Source of the DNA: an uncultured virus (IMG/VR IMGVR_UViG_3300001533_001549)
Taxonomy: Duplodnaviria; Heunggongvirae; Uroviricota; Caudoviricetes
Strand: one strand, 5' to 3'
IMG/VR virus record: IMGVR_UViG_3300001533_001549
DNA: 64,000 bases
This document shows, in pieces, positions 10,301 to 25,300 of this stretch; the first letter of the stretch is position 1; every line of letters starts with the position of its first letter. The notes under the pieces were generated by a model that was given only the letters and a program-made list of their open reading frames with translations, made no database searches and was not told the origin of the DNA. The position numbers and the translations under genes were made by a program.

Positions 10301-13300
10301 CTTGGTATTGACGGATTCGAGCATGAAGAATTGGATTTTGACTATGGAAGAATGTATCAAAAACTCCGTATGAAACACATCCTCTCAAGAGATATACAAG
10401 AGTCCAAAGACAAGAAACATCCCAGGAGTAAGAACTACAAGTACACACCTGATTACTTCAACGAGCATATGGAAAAGGTTTACAAAAAGGCTATGAAGAA
10501 TGGTCTCACTCCTGAGAATCTCCTTGTGGCTCTTCTTGACGCGCCAAAAAGTTTTCCCATAGACCTGAAGAAAAAAATTCTTCAGAGAGTGTTCTTCATG
10601 AACTTCCATATAGGTCGTGGCGAAGCGTCACAAACAAATATAGATGCGCTTCAAAAGACCATTGACGACAACAAAGTAAAACTCAAAGGTTTGGATGAAA
10701 CAACTAGGGAGTACACACGGTTGTCCAATAAAATCAAGGTCGATGAAACACGCATCAAAAATTTGATATACATCAAGAACCGCTATAAGTACAGTGATCT
10801 TGAAGTTCGTACCGATAAAGATAAGCTAGACGCCGAAGCGACCTTCGAGAACTTCTACAGAAAAGTAATCCTTGCGGACAGGAAACTTACTCTGGCCATA
10901 TTCAATAACACAATAGACACTGATGCTGATGACTTGATCAGCGCCGACACAAAATCTCCAGGATCAAGAGAAGCTCTTTATACCTTGATCAAACGCAAGA
11001 ACGCGGATGGTGGAAACAACTTTGACACGTACCGTCCTGATGGCGTAAGAAAAGGAACAGGAATGGGTGAGGCACTTAACCGTATTTTGGGCGAAGATGT
11101 CATCAGGGCAAATGATAAAGATATATTGGAAGCTGTAAAAAAAGCTGCTTTAAACTCTGAGAGATGGTCAGAGTTTTTAGGTGACGCCAATATTGCGGCG
11201 GCTTCTGACAAGGGCATCATTGTAGTTCTTCCAGAAGGCACTTCCGCGAGCAAGGCGTATGATCTTTATAAAAAACGTTTCATTTTGCGCAGCTATCTGG
11301 AGGACGAAACCTTTCCGGATATCTTTATTGTGACAAAAGAACAGCACGATACACTTAAAAGTATGAAAACTGCAAAGGATTACAGAGAAAGCAACTATGC
11401 GAAACATGATGACAAAGGCAACGTCATTGGAGAAACGTTGAACATCATCAATACCAGTGCCAACCGAGAACGCAGTGCGTTCGATCAACAAATCAACATG
11501 GTTGAAAGCTACATGAGCGACTTGAAAATGCTCATGGATTACGCCCAAGCGTCAAAAAAGAAACTCGAAAAAGTTGCTGACGAACTTGTGCGTTATATGG
11601 AAAAGGTTGAGAACGTCCCGGAACTCAAACAAGTGTATTTCGGCTCAGAGGGTTTTACAGCATCAAAGATATTCAAAAGAATGGTACGTCATGCAGAAAC
11701 ACACGAAGCATTTTCACGCTTTCTGGAACTTGTTGATCCGACCGGTGCTTTTACAGACTTCAACATGGATATGCTAGGCAGGGTATTTTTCAATGACACC
11801 TATATCAAAAAAGGCGCAGACGGCAATCATTTCGATTTGAACACACTGGAAAAAAACCTCAAGACAACAGATTACGAAACCTACGTGTTGCTTACTGAAA
11901 CCATCAGAATCGCAGGAAAGCCTATGTACGCGCGAATCAAGTCCGCTCTTTTGAAAATGCAAAAGGAGTATGGAGATTCCGATATCTCTTTCAACTATAA
12001 CAGTATCATGAACAAAGATTTTCTTGATGATATCATTGACGTCAGCAAAAGCGCATACGCAATATTGACAAGACTGAAAACGCATCATAGAAAAGTGTAC
12101 GACAGACTCATGCCTGAAATGCGAAGAGAACTACGAACAAGCGTCATAAGACATACACGTTTTGACGAACTTTCGGAGCGTGACAAGTTCTTGAATACGC
12201 ATTCAGACGGTCTATACGACAAACAAGGCAAATACATCAAACAACTTCTCAATCCTTACGGAGGTTCTGTCGATTATAGCGACAAAGATAATCTGCAGCG
12301 ACAGGCTGTGCGTGCGCTCAAGAACGTCTTGAACGGCACAGACGACTCCGGATACTACAACGAAGCTAGGATCGCGGAGAGTCTGCGTGAACAGCGCGCT
12401 CGGCAAAAAGCAAGAACAGCTGCAATAAATGAAAGCCGCAAAGGAAAGAAGATCAACAATATAAATCTGAAGAATTTCCATGCGCTTCTTAGAGACGTCA
12501 ACAATTCTGAAAAGTCTTCGATAAACAAAGGCGCGCATGGATTCAAATTATACAAACTTGAAAATGATGGAAAACTTAAAAGGCTTTCAGAACTTTTATA
12601 CGAACGTATAGCATCTGTTAAAAAGGGTGACAAAAACGTACCCAACCTAAAGAACATCTCTAAATGGTTGGAAGAGGTGGAAGCCGCAGAACATGTAGTA
12701 TTCGACAGTGCCGAGAAAGTGTACAATTACATCATATACAAATCTCTTTCTCATTACGTTCATAATATTGAAAATGTTTTCGTTACAGGTAAAGATGAAA
12801 AAGGTATAGCGATAACCGCAGCCGTCAACCTATTACGCAGAGGTGAAGACACTTCAAGCGAAAGTATTCAACGTGAAATGAGAAGTGTTGAGGAACAGTT
12901 CAAAAAAGAATTCAAAATGATGGACAAAACGGCGAGAGAAGAATACCGTAAGAACTACAATGACAAAGAAAAAAATATTTCAGAAAGCAATCTGTTAGCA
13001 TATTTCCTTGATGAGAAAAGCAAAACGGATCTCACAGTGGAAATTGAAAAAGTGTTGAATGGCGCTGAAGATCTGGTCTTTCACACCGCAGTGGCGCAAC
13101 CGAAACCAAAACAAGAGCAAGAAAAAGCACCTGAGTACAAGACAGTCAAAGAATACATGGACAAAGAAGTTCCAGAAGAGGAACGAGAACTCTTCGAAGC
13201 ATTCAAAATGATTGTTGTTGAACACAAAAAGCGAGAAGGTATACTCAGACTTTTACCGGACATTATAAAAGCGGAGGAAAAAGGAGAAACAGTCAGCACT

Positions 13301-16300
13301 AAAAGTCTTCCACATTTCTTTGATACAGTCTACAGTATTTTGAAAAAAAGCAAAGATGTAAAAACCGGGAAGAAACATTTATTCAAAGACGCCAAGGAAG
13401 TCTTTGTGTACACCAACCTTAACATTCTCGATGACAACAAAGAGTTCTTGACAACCCTTAGAAAATTCCTTTTCCGAACGGATACAATGGTCTTTGAAAA
13501 TGTTCCCGCATATGTCAAAGAATTCTTAAGTATGTTTGGAATCAAAGAAAGACAACAGTACAATCTGTTCTTCACCGACAGGTACAACCTGAAACAAAAA
13601 ATGGATATTCTGGCAGAGACATTGAGCAAGCAAGAGATGTACGCTTTGACGATATTCTTGAACATGCGTAAAAAGATATTCCTAAAAGACTACTATGGCA
13701 GAAAATTCGGTTGGCAGCAAGCCCATAATGATTTTGTGATCAAACCTATAAAAAGGGCTATGGAAACTGTTGAAAGCGTTGAGGCAACCGGTGTCTTTGA
13801 TCGAAGAAGTGTCTGGGAAAACAGTGTCATAGAGCGTGTCAACAGAGCAAGCAACAACATCAGACATATTCAAAAAGGTGTTGCAGAAAACAATCGTAAG
13901 CTTAGTGCGATATACATCCCTTATGACAGCCCTGCAAAAGAAGTGCATGACATGCGTGCAGAGTATCTTACAACAAGAGATTCAAACATGTTGAATATCG
14001 CACGTAAGCACACACGCGAAGTCTATAGTGGCGTGTTCAACGACGAAACAGGTTATGCTCCGATAGCTGAAGAAAAGATGGTGTACAAGAAGTTATTGGC
14101 GGACGTTGTTCTGGATTCCATTGCTGAAGAATTTGCCCCGGACGTTAACCAAGTAGGCAGCACTTCGACAACATACCAGGATTTGCGTGAACGATTTACA
14201 GAAATTCTTAATGCACTCCAGCATAAAACCAAAGCAAATGATTTTATAAAAATGAGAGAGATTGGATACGCATTCAATCTTATAAGAAATGACCGCGAAG
14301 CTGTTTACATGTGGAAACGGGAGTTCAACAAATACAACAAACGTCTGGTAGACACTGAAGAAGTGACAGCGTTGAATGCTGCGGTACAAAAAACAGTGGA
14401 CTATTTTTCAGCACACTCTTATCTTGTCAATGGCGTGACACCTGATACCATCCAAGCGATCATGGGCCGCATCCTCTATGATCGTGGACTCATCAAACAA
14501 AGTACTGTAGAGCGCAGTGCCAAAGAAATACATGAACGTGCGATCGCACATGTCGAATTGAAAAAAGAAAAACTGCAGACAGCGCTCAACAGCGTGGCGC
14601 ATTCACTCAACCCAAACCGGGACATCAACGACATCAGTAAAGTCATATACGATATGACATACGACGAGATTGACGATGAAATCCATAAACTGGAAAACAT
14701 CCTTGCCCAACGCCCAGGTGAAAATCTGCATGAAGAAAAAGAAAAGTTGGCGCTATTAGAGCAGAAACAAAGAACGCTTAGGCACGTTCTTGCATTACAC
14801 AGAGCGATCAATCACAAAGTCACAGCAAAAATGTACACGCGAGTGCATGATACATACGATTTTGCGTATCTTTCACAGAAGCCTGAGCTCTTCAAAGAAA
14901 CAAATGCAGGACGTATGTACGCCAATATGTTCACCAAAATACAATCGCTCGAAGAAGAACAAAGAGCTATAGAAAAAAGCAACAGCGGCTTTCTCGGAGC
15001 CCACGGATCTTATAACGATGCACGCGTAAAGTACGATGATCTTCGTAACACGACCCTTGTGGAAGCTTTGGAAAAAATCGAAGAGGCTGAAGAAGCGTTA
15101 AAGCTCTTGAACGAAGAAGACGACTATTTCAAAGAAAACACAATTAAAAGAATCATATTGAAAAACCCAAAATTGCTTGAAGAGTACGTTCTGTATGAAG
15201 TCACCAAATACGAAAAGAAAAATGACGCTCTTGTAGAAGCACGTGCGAGTCGTACTGATGGCATCAAAGAAGAAATCGTTAAAGAATATTACCACAGAAA
15301 AGAACGTCTCGAAATCATTTCCAAATTTTTCCAGGGCAGTAATTATAAAGCGTGGAGATCCATAACACCTGCGCAGGTCGCGCAGCTCTCACCGGAACAA
15401 AAAGACATCTATGACCGGCTGACAGAAACAGTTCGGGTACTGCGGGAAGAACAAAAAGAGTATAGGAAACCTCCACGGATATTCGACAGTGAAGGGAAAG
15501 CACTTTTTTGGAAGAGTGCTTTTAAGACTTTGAAAAAACGTGATGACCATATCAGAGGCTTGGAACAAGATCTCTTGGACATGGAAATCAATCGTGTCAA
15601 AACAGTAGACGACGTTGATGACAACACCAAGATTCGTATTGTGAAGAATTTTTTCAAAGACATCATAAAAGAGTACAATAAAGAAACGAGCTTCAAGAAG
15701 TTCTTCAAAGAAAAAGGAGATATCAAAAGACTCTCCAAGGTTTCACGTGAAACCTTACGTAAAATCCTTGAACGTGCCTCGGAAAAAACAAGAAACAATC
15801 TTATAAAATTCTTTGAAAAAGCTTACGCTGACGAGACGGTCAAAACAAAACCGCTGGATAAGGACGTGTTCGAAGCACTTATAAAAGTTCTTATGAGAAC
15901 GGACAAAACTGTCTCAGAGGACGCAAGGAATTTCTTAAAACAAACCATCCTCACAAGTGAAGAAGAGACTCTAAGCGGAAAAGCAGATCCGGAACTCAAA
16001 CTTTTGCGTTCACGTTTTGACAAATTCGTTGATCGTTTACAAGAAAACGCTGAGTTTTTAACCGCAATCGCAAATATGAAAAACATGTCATACAAAGATG
16101 TGTTATTTGAAACGGCGAAAGAATACTTCAAAACTGATGAAGAAGAAAAAATCACAGAAGAGAACCTGCTAGAGATTGTAGAGTATCTCAGCGGTGAACG
16201 TAATGAAATACGCAAGGAACAACGGACGGATCTGAAAAAACAATTAGATGACGCAAGGACGCTTCGGGATAAAACAAATGTAAAGATCGCTGCGCTTGAA

Positions 16301-19300
16301 AAATATCTGTTTGAAAACCCGAGACGTACAGAAGAACTCATGTATGAGATAGAAACGCTGAAAGCAAACGCCTCCGAAGTAAGAGACAGACATGACAAGT
16401 ATTTTGACAAGAATATAAACTACCACAAGAATGGACTCAGTAACATAGGTGTGTTCAAAACATTATATGAGATTGAATCCGACGAAGGCGTGTTGGAAAA
16501 AGTCCTCGAACTTTCCAATCACGATTACTCCGGGCACAGATCGTTAAAGAGAGTCATCAAAGATGCGAGTGACGGCACAACTGATGGTCTGGAATTGCAT
16601 AACCCTGTTGTAGACGTGTTGATTTCCCGGCTTAACTATATGAAACAGCATGAAGGAAACATCAAAGACACGTATCTTGTCTTTGATATGGAAACCCTCA
16701 AAGACGAAATGGGTAATGATGTGCCATATCAAATGACGCTCCTCACACAGAAAGGCAGTAAATTTTCAATACGGACCATGTATTTCAGTGGACCTGTATT
16801 TTACGATTACTTAAACGACGGTGACATCGGTCCGACACTCATAAAGTTCTACGAACAACAGCGTCAGATACTTGCGAAACAGTTTGACAAAGATCTTTCG
16901 AAACAGGAAGATATCGAATGGATGGATGCTCGTACAGACGCGCTTGTCAAAAAAGTTAAGAAGTGGCCCAATGACATTGCGTTTGTTGAACTGTTTTTGA
17001 GAGAACTGTCAGCTGACAACGACATTCCGATTGTTGTACACAACGGTAACAAATTCGATTTGCCCAACTTTGACATATTTGTCAAGAACATCAGTAAACG
17101 TCTTTTGACAAATCTATATTATCAAGAGATAAAGAGTATAAGTCCGACAACAATCCGAGAACGTTTCGGAAACAGCAGCGCAGGTGCTCTTGTGGATCGT
17201 GGTTTGAGTTACGACTTGATAGAAAAGTATCAGTTGGAAATCTCGAACATACAGGAAAAAATCAGATCAGGCAAACCTATCACATCTGCTGAAATCGATA
17301 GACTCGATGAGTTCCAAGAAGCCTTATGGACGACTGAAGCGCTTCAAGTGATCAAAGACGTTGAGCGTGAAAAGGGTTTGATAATCGACAACGAAACGAA
17401 AGAAGCATTGTTCAGTGGGCAAGATTCAGAAGCAATGAAACTAAAGCAACAGATATACAACTATATAAAATCAAAAGACGTAAGGACAAGAAGACAAATT
17501 GAAGTCGATATCACGGAATATTTCTTAGAAGGGTTTTCAATAGATCATGACACAACAAGCAAAGACAAAGAAGATATAAAAGTTTTCGTGAAAGACATGT
17601 TAAAAAACGTGGTAAAGAGATACGCCGAACTGAGAAAAGCTGAAAAACTTTATGATGAGTTTGACAGTGCTGATCCGGAAGCGGACAGGAAACAAACGCG
17701 TGCGGTTAGAATCATGCAGCGTATAAGAGAGGCTCGCAACACAGTACAGACAGGTTCGGAAAATGCCTACGAAAAGAACACAAACTCATTGAGAGAGCTT
17801 CTTGAAACACATGAAGAGATGATTTCAGAAATTAAAGGAATAGCTTCCTGGGTCAGAAAAAACGGCAGTGATGTCAAAGGCACAATCGACAAGCTTCAGC
17901 AAGAAATAAGAGAAACCGATGATGCCCGAAAACTTGTTGATGATGAGATCAAGAAAGCACAAAGAAGTGTAAATCGACTCAATGTCAGCGAACGAAAAGC
18001 TTTAAAAGAATTGACCGAAACGGTGCAACGTATCCATGACACGACCAAGAACCCCAAGTATCTGGCGTACAGGACGCTTTCGAAAAAGCTGCCTCATATG
18101 ATCAAAGCACAAGCCGACATCTTCAGGAACAGCAACACCGGTGCGCTTCTGCGTCTTGAAATAGTTGAGCAGCAGCGCAACCTTGATGAGCTGTACAGAC
18201 CGCTGATGCAACTGTTGACCTACGCAAAGGACGCTATAAACAGTGACGACATCGACGCAGTCAGAGAGAAGCTTGAATCATTTATAGTTTCGGACGAACT
18301 GTTGAAAGCAATGCTGGAAGTGAAGGACGAAGACGGAAGAAAAGCGTTGAACGCCGAAATCGAAAAACGTATAACAAAACTAGAAAAATATAAAAAGGCA
18401 CAAGAAGAAGGCACTGAAATTGTTTTGGATACGTATATCAAAGACACACTTGTCAAAATGAAACGCAACGCGCAGAAAGAAGTGCAAGAAGCTTATAAAG
18501 CTTTAGAGAGTCTTTGGAACGGACGCAAAACAAAAACGCTTTTCGGTGTTGTTGATGGTGCCGACATCAACCTGGAAAAAGATGGGGCGTTGTACAAGCA
18601 CATAGAGTACGAAAAACTTTTGGACGTTTTAAAAAAATACTCCGGCAAAAGAGAAGACGAACATTTCCAAAACATATTGAAGACGATAGTAGGTATACAA
18701 AAGTATGTGAAGGATGTTGATCTCAGCAACACCATAAAGGTAGATGATTTGGAAAGTTCTTTCTTGTCGGGAAAATTCAAAGAACTTTTACTCCGGACAA
18801 TCGAGTACGATCTGAATGTGCTTAATGGTCACAAGACTTTGTTGGGTTCTTTAGACATCAACAAGAAGGATGACCTTGAAAAGACTGCGACAGTTTTGAT
18901 CAACAAATATCTTACGGTGGTAAGGAATGCCAAAGACATTGAAAGTGTCCTGGAAAACCGCACGCTTTTCAATATCATGCACGGCGAACGTCGCCCATTG
19001 GAGGACATGTCTGAAAAAGAACTCGCGATAGAAGCCAGACAGGTCGAAGACTCTGCGTACATACGGGCGCTCCACGAAAAGGATCCGACAAACAAAGTCA
19101 TTAAAAGAGTGTACAAAGATTTGCTGAGGTTTGAAGATAAATATGCCTGGTCCCTAAAGAATTACGACAATAAAGAAGGAGATTTCTACATAACTGAACG
19201 TGGCGATATCCTTCAAGTGTCAATATATGACAGTTATAACGACACCGTGCAAAGTTTCTCGTTCAATAAAACGAGCAGCAAACATGTCACATTTGATTTG

Positions 19301-22300
19301 ACGTACACTTACAGAGAGATCGGTAAAGAGATTCTTATAAAAAAGAAAACAATGTCACTGAACACAAGGTTCAATGACCTTGATGAATTTTTGAAAACAT
19401 TCTTTTCCGACAGAAAAGGCGCGACCAAAGGTTTAAGTCCAATGGATGTGTACGTCGAAGACGGTGTCGACCGCAGTTATGAATCCATCAAACATCTGAT
19501 AAAACTATACAGCACTTATCGTAATACAGAAGCGCAGACAATGAAAGTCAGTGACATAAAAAAGAAAGGGACATTAGACACAGAACTTAACATATCCAAA
19601 TTGGAATTTGTGAACATGTCCAAACAGATGGAAAATAAATTCCAGGAAGAACTGCTCTTATTGCAATGGGCGAAACGCGGATCGTCGTTCAAAGACATCA
19701 ACAGAGTACACGCAGGGATTGCTAACAAAGTGCTAAGTAAATTCAAAAGCCTTGTACCAGGTAAAGTCCTTAATATGATACACGAGGATTTCTCCAGAAA
19801 CTTTGTCATTCTTTATGATGAAACAAAAGATTTGGAAGTGCTCAAAAAGAATAAAATCGATTTGTTGAACTCCAGTGAAGGAAGCGCCGGCAGTTCCTTT
19901 ATGCGTGTTAATCCTTATACGACAGTGCCTCTGTTCAAACACACCACTAACCCGATCCGTACAGTACTTTCAAACACCAAACAATACGTCAAATACAGCG
20001 CGAACAAAATTCTCAATGATCTTTATATGAAACAAGATACTGTTTACAGGGACAACCTTACAGAGTACATCGCCATGGATGAATATAAAGTGCGTGATAA
20101 AGAACGGTTCATTCAATACGATGAAAACAGAAATGTCATTGAGATTTTCACACCTAACGTTGTGACAGAAGACGGTTTCAACAAATATAAAAATGACATC
20201 CTCCACCGTGTAGGAATCAATATGACAGTAGGTTTTTTCAATGACAGCAGAACCATTGAAGATACCATACTTATGGACGCAGAGGACGCCATTATTTATG
20301 GTTGGAACCAAAGTGATAAGACCTGGCTTAGTGCTTACGGATTCAAAGGCGCTGTAAGATTTGTACCCGGTCTTCGTAAAACTTACGGTGTATCAGTCCT
20401 TGCTAATGCCGGATCGGTTTATGAACGACGAGCGTTCGGTGCCATTCATGAAATGTCTTTGAACAATCTTAGAAAATATTTGCTCAAAGAAACAAATCCT
20501 GAAATGAAGCTCGATATAGAATTCAACGAAGCACTTAAGAAAGTGATCGAAGAAAAGAAAGAACAGATTAAAAAACTGTTGCCTATTAAAGAAGGTAAAA
20601 TAGTTGTAGACCCGAACACAGACTATGGAAAACTTTTGGAAGAGCTTTTCGATACAGAAACTACACATTGGACTGATCTGCATCGAGCCGAGGTTGTCGA
20701 TACGTCACCCATAAAAGAACAGTTAACCGACGGTTCTATAATGGAATACACGATTGACCCAAGTGCCAAGATGTACCGTGGAGAACTTTATGTCATGCTT
20801 GATTCCGAGCATGTCGCGTCACACATGCAGACAAAAGCAGAAGTTTCAAGTCTCGGTGGTATCACCACAGTTATGCGCAACCCATCAAACAATGTTCGTG
20901 GTGGTGTTGTCATATCGCCTTCGGTTGTATATACAATGATGGCAAAAGGTGATATTGATTGGACGGCTGCGTTCCCAAAAGACAATCGTAAACTCGAAAT
21001 TTATATGGATATCCACATGTATGGCATAGAAGAATTGATCAGACGATACGAGACCGATGAAAACGGAAACAAACGTACTGTCAAAGAAACTTTCATGGCT
21101 GTTGATCGTCAACTTTCCAGCACACTCAGTTCATCTGTGTTGGAATATTTCAGATTGAAAGAAATGACAAAAGATTCTGAGATGGCTTCTTACGCCAAAC
21201 TGCGTCTTGACCGTTTGGATATCAATGTAAAACAAAAGGCTTTGGAAAATCTGGTTGATCGTAAAGGCGCATATTATAGTTCAATGTTCAGAAAACATGA
21301 AGGCGTCCGTCAACAGGTCGTTGCGAACTCCACGCTTCTTCCGGGAGAAATACGTTCATCAAGAGAAGCTTTCAAAGCATTGTTAGACATCACAGAGACC
21401 TGGAGTGAAGACAACGTCAAGGGCTCCTGGTTGAGTCTTGAAGACGTGAAGAACGATGAAGTATGGAAAATGATAACAGATCTTGAATCTGATCAAATGA
21501 AGAAAACATTAGATAAAAACGAATTAAGAGAATATATCAAACGTCTCAACAGTTTCGGTATCATCAATATTGTATCGGATTTCAAAAAAACCGATTACAA
21601 ACTTTCAGATGGCGAGATTGCGCAAGATCTGTATAAAATCGAAATCAAAAATAAGACCGCCACAATTGAGTTTTTCAAACGTCAACAGTATTCCGGACGA
21701 GTGCTTGGTGTACGTTCGCCTGTACAAGATTATAATGCTGTTCCTATGTTAAAGATCATAGGCTTCAGTGACCACAGTGGAGCCGAAGCGAACCCATGGC
21801 TTTATAGAATGACGGGTGGAGACAACGACGGTGACACTTATGGTTTCGCGGCAATAGGTTTTGAACAACGGAAGCATCTCAAAGGTTTGGATGCGACAGA
21901 CCCTGGATACTATGATGAAGGTTATATAGACAAAAACAGACCAAAGAAAAAATTCACTGAAGGCGTACGTTTTGGACACACCAGTGTGGAGAACGCTTAT
22001 GTCGGTAAGAAAACATTTGTGGAAGTCTATTTTGATAATATGAACAAACGGCAAGAAGTAAGAATCCGTGATTCTTATTTGATCAGTGAGTTACATAACA
22101 TCGCATACAAACAAGCCTTTACGAAAAAGATAAATGAAATAACAGAAAAAGAATTGACTAATGCCAAAAAAGTCTTTGAGACATCTTATGCATTAAAGAG
22201 AATCTACGTCAATATGATCATACGAAATTTGACACAAGGGCATAACATCGCTGATAAGAACAACAACCCCGATAAGGTCGAGTTCACAGCAGCTTATTAT

Positions 22301-25300
22301 GATTTAAAAAATAATGAAGTAGTTGCAAAAAGAGAGATTGATAAAATTTACAATAACAAAAAATACAATGAATTGATTCTTAGACACTATGTTTACAATA
22401 CAAAAGCTGATAAGATCAGTTACGCTGATGCTTTGACCGAAACCATTTTGAAAGAACAACGTGGTTCTTTAAGTCTGTCAGATCAAGAAGAACTTAAAAA
22501 ATACACTCTGGAAACGATTTTAGCGAAAGAAACAAAAGATGAAAAATTAAAATCACTAAAAGAAAAAATGATGTTCAATGTTTTATACGACCGTATGGTA
22601 TCGAACACCATAACACGTATCCAAATATCCAAACGAGGTATCAATATCTTTGGTGGTAATCGTAAAAAGCAAATGGTTGCATCATTGCTGAGTACGTATC
22701 AACACCTTAATAAAAATGTAGACGGTAACATATGGAATCCTCTTCGTAACAAAAATAAAGAAATTACAGTGGAATCTATTTTTCAGAATCTACTTAGTCT
22801 TACTCCCAAAGGTAAAAAAGCTTATGAAGAACTGAACGCAGACCTTGATCTTTTTGAAAACATCGCAACAGAAAAAATTTTCCGTACGACTGTTAAGAAA
22901 GTGGTGGATGTAGAAGATTATAACAGAGCTTTGGAAAAGGCAAAAATAAATGAACATATCACCACAGAAGATTTTGATGCTTTGTTGGACCTTGTGTACA
23001 AAAACTACAGAAAATACTTGCTGGCAAAAAAAGAATTATTTGACCTCGGTGTGGTTTATGGTAAAGAAGATCCCAAAGCTCTGATAGAGTTCTTAAAAAA
23101 CTCTAGCAAGAAAGATGATACCTTTGTCAAGAGTATAATAAAACGTCTTACAAAGGATTCTATGTGGCTAACGACCACGGAGATCATTTGGTTGAAGACG
23201 TTGTATTTCGGTCGATTCCAAACTGAAGCGGACAAATTTTTCAGACGCAGCAAACGTTATGATAAACTCAGAGATTATGCGGATATGTATGCAAGAGGTT
23301 ATCTGGAACAACAAATCTTGGATCGACGTGCGTTCAATAAAATGTCAGACAAAGCTACAGAAATCATAGCTGTTGCAAAACATTTCGGTATCGATGCAAA
23401 CTCTTCCGAATATCTTCGTTCATACACTGCGGCTGTTGAAGCTTTAACAGACCTTGCAGCAAAACGTAAAGTATTCATTGGTGAAGAACATGATTTAGGT
23501 ATGGCCATAGCCATGGATATGAATCCTTTCAGTGATGTCAGTGTCAAAGACGAAACACTTAACAAACGTTTTGAAGAATTGGAAGAAGATTATAAACACC
23601 GCCTCAAAAAAATACGTACATCCTCAACTGCAGACGGATACAAAAAAATGTTAGAGGATCAGTTGCAAGACAACGCCAAAGTGCAACTTCTTGGTGGCGC
23701 AGTCGGTGTCCCTGAAAAATATTACAAAGAAATTGAAACCACTGTTGAGACGTTCCTTAAGGTTCTTAATGATACAAAGAGTCTAGATAAAGCTTTGGAA
23801 AACCCAGAGTTCGTGGACAGTGTCAATAAGCTTATGTCTGAAGGAATCGCAATGTATCATATAGAGCGTATGCTCACAAACAGTTATACATTATACCGAC
23901 GTATCAATAACTATTATCATGACAAGAGTGGCGGCAGCACGTTAAAACAACTTGATTATGCTTATATAAGATATGGAACATACTTCTTTGAATTAAGTCG
24001 TATCTTGTTTAGTCCTCTTGAACGTGAATCATTTAAGAATGATTATGCTGACCACCCTGAAATTGTAAGTTTCATGCTGAACATAAGACAACAAGATCCT
24101 AATTATTTTGAAGATAAAAAGATTGAAGACGTCGGAGATTTTTCTGATAGTGAAAAAGGTATGGAACCGGATGATGATACGCGTATGTTTATCATGGTGT
24201 CTAAAGAAGGAATAAAAGAACGCGTAGCTTCTATGTCCGATAGGATAGGAATGCCTGAAGCCAAAGAAAATTTTTCTGATTCTGATTTCTATGAACACCG
24301 TATTGTTAACCATATCTTAAATGAATTGGATATGATTGGGAGTAAACAACCAACCAATCTTTATGATGTGATTGAATCCTATATCAACGATATGGCGACG
24401 TACTCAAAGATTAAACAGAATAAAGAAATCAAATTCAAAGAAACCGGAATGACTCCCAGTAAAGAACAACAAAGAAAAATAGATCTGATAAACAGATATG
24501 TTTTTGGCTTCCATAATATTGCCCAATATCTTCAAGATGTTAAAAAGTCTTCAAAAGAACTCCAAGTTGTTCTAGATAAGTTGACTGAAAAAGAAAAGGA
24601 ACTAAAACGTCTTGTCGCTAAAACATACGTTCTTGAGGAAACACTCCGAACATTAAAAGAAAAGAAAGAATATTTTGAGATCGTTAAAAATAAAACAGAA
24701 CTGATAAAAACTTTAGAAAGCTTACGTCGTCGTTATGAGGAACGTCTTGAAAAATTCAACATGAATGTCTTGGGTCGGGCGTTCAATGAAGAACTTGGTT
24801 CCGCTGCAGTTTTGCTTCACACAAAGAATAAAAAAACATTGAAACAAATTAATCATAACAAACCGAAGTATCTTGATGAAAATTTTGTTGACGATCTTAA
24901 AGGCAATAATCTTATGAACATGGAAAAATATCAGACACCGTTTCTTTTCCTCATAGACTTGTTCAAAAAAGACAACGGTGATTATAATTGGGACGAACTG
25001 TTCAAGTGGTATAAAAAGAACCGGAGGTTCTATCGATTCACAGTTTTGATGGATGCGTTTGATGATGAGAGTTTGGCAAGAAAATTGCATGATGTTGTCT
25101 ATAAAGAAGATGAATGGTGGAACAGTTTATCAAGCTTGGAAAAAGCTAAACGAAAAAATATAAAAAAACGTAGAAATATTCTGAAAAATCAAAGATTCGA
25201 ATCGGCTGAAGATTTAAAGAAGTATATGCAACGATTGGCTAATGGAGAAACTGATGCGGAAGGAAAAGCTATTCCAAAACTTATTCACCGTGGAGAACGT

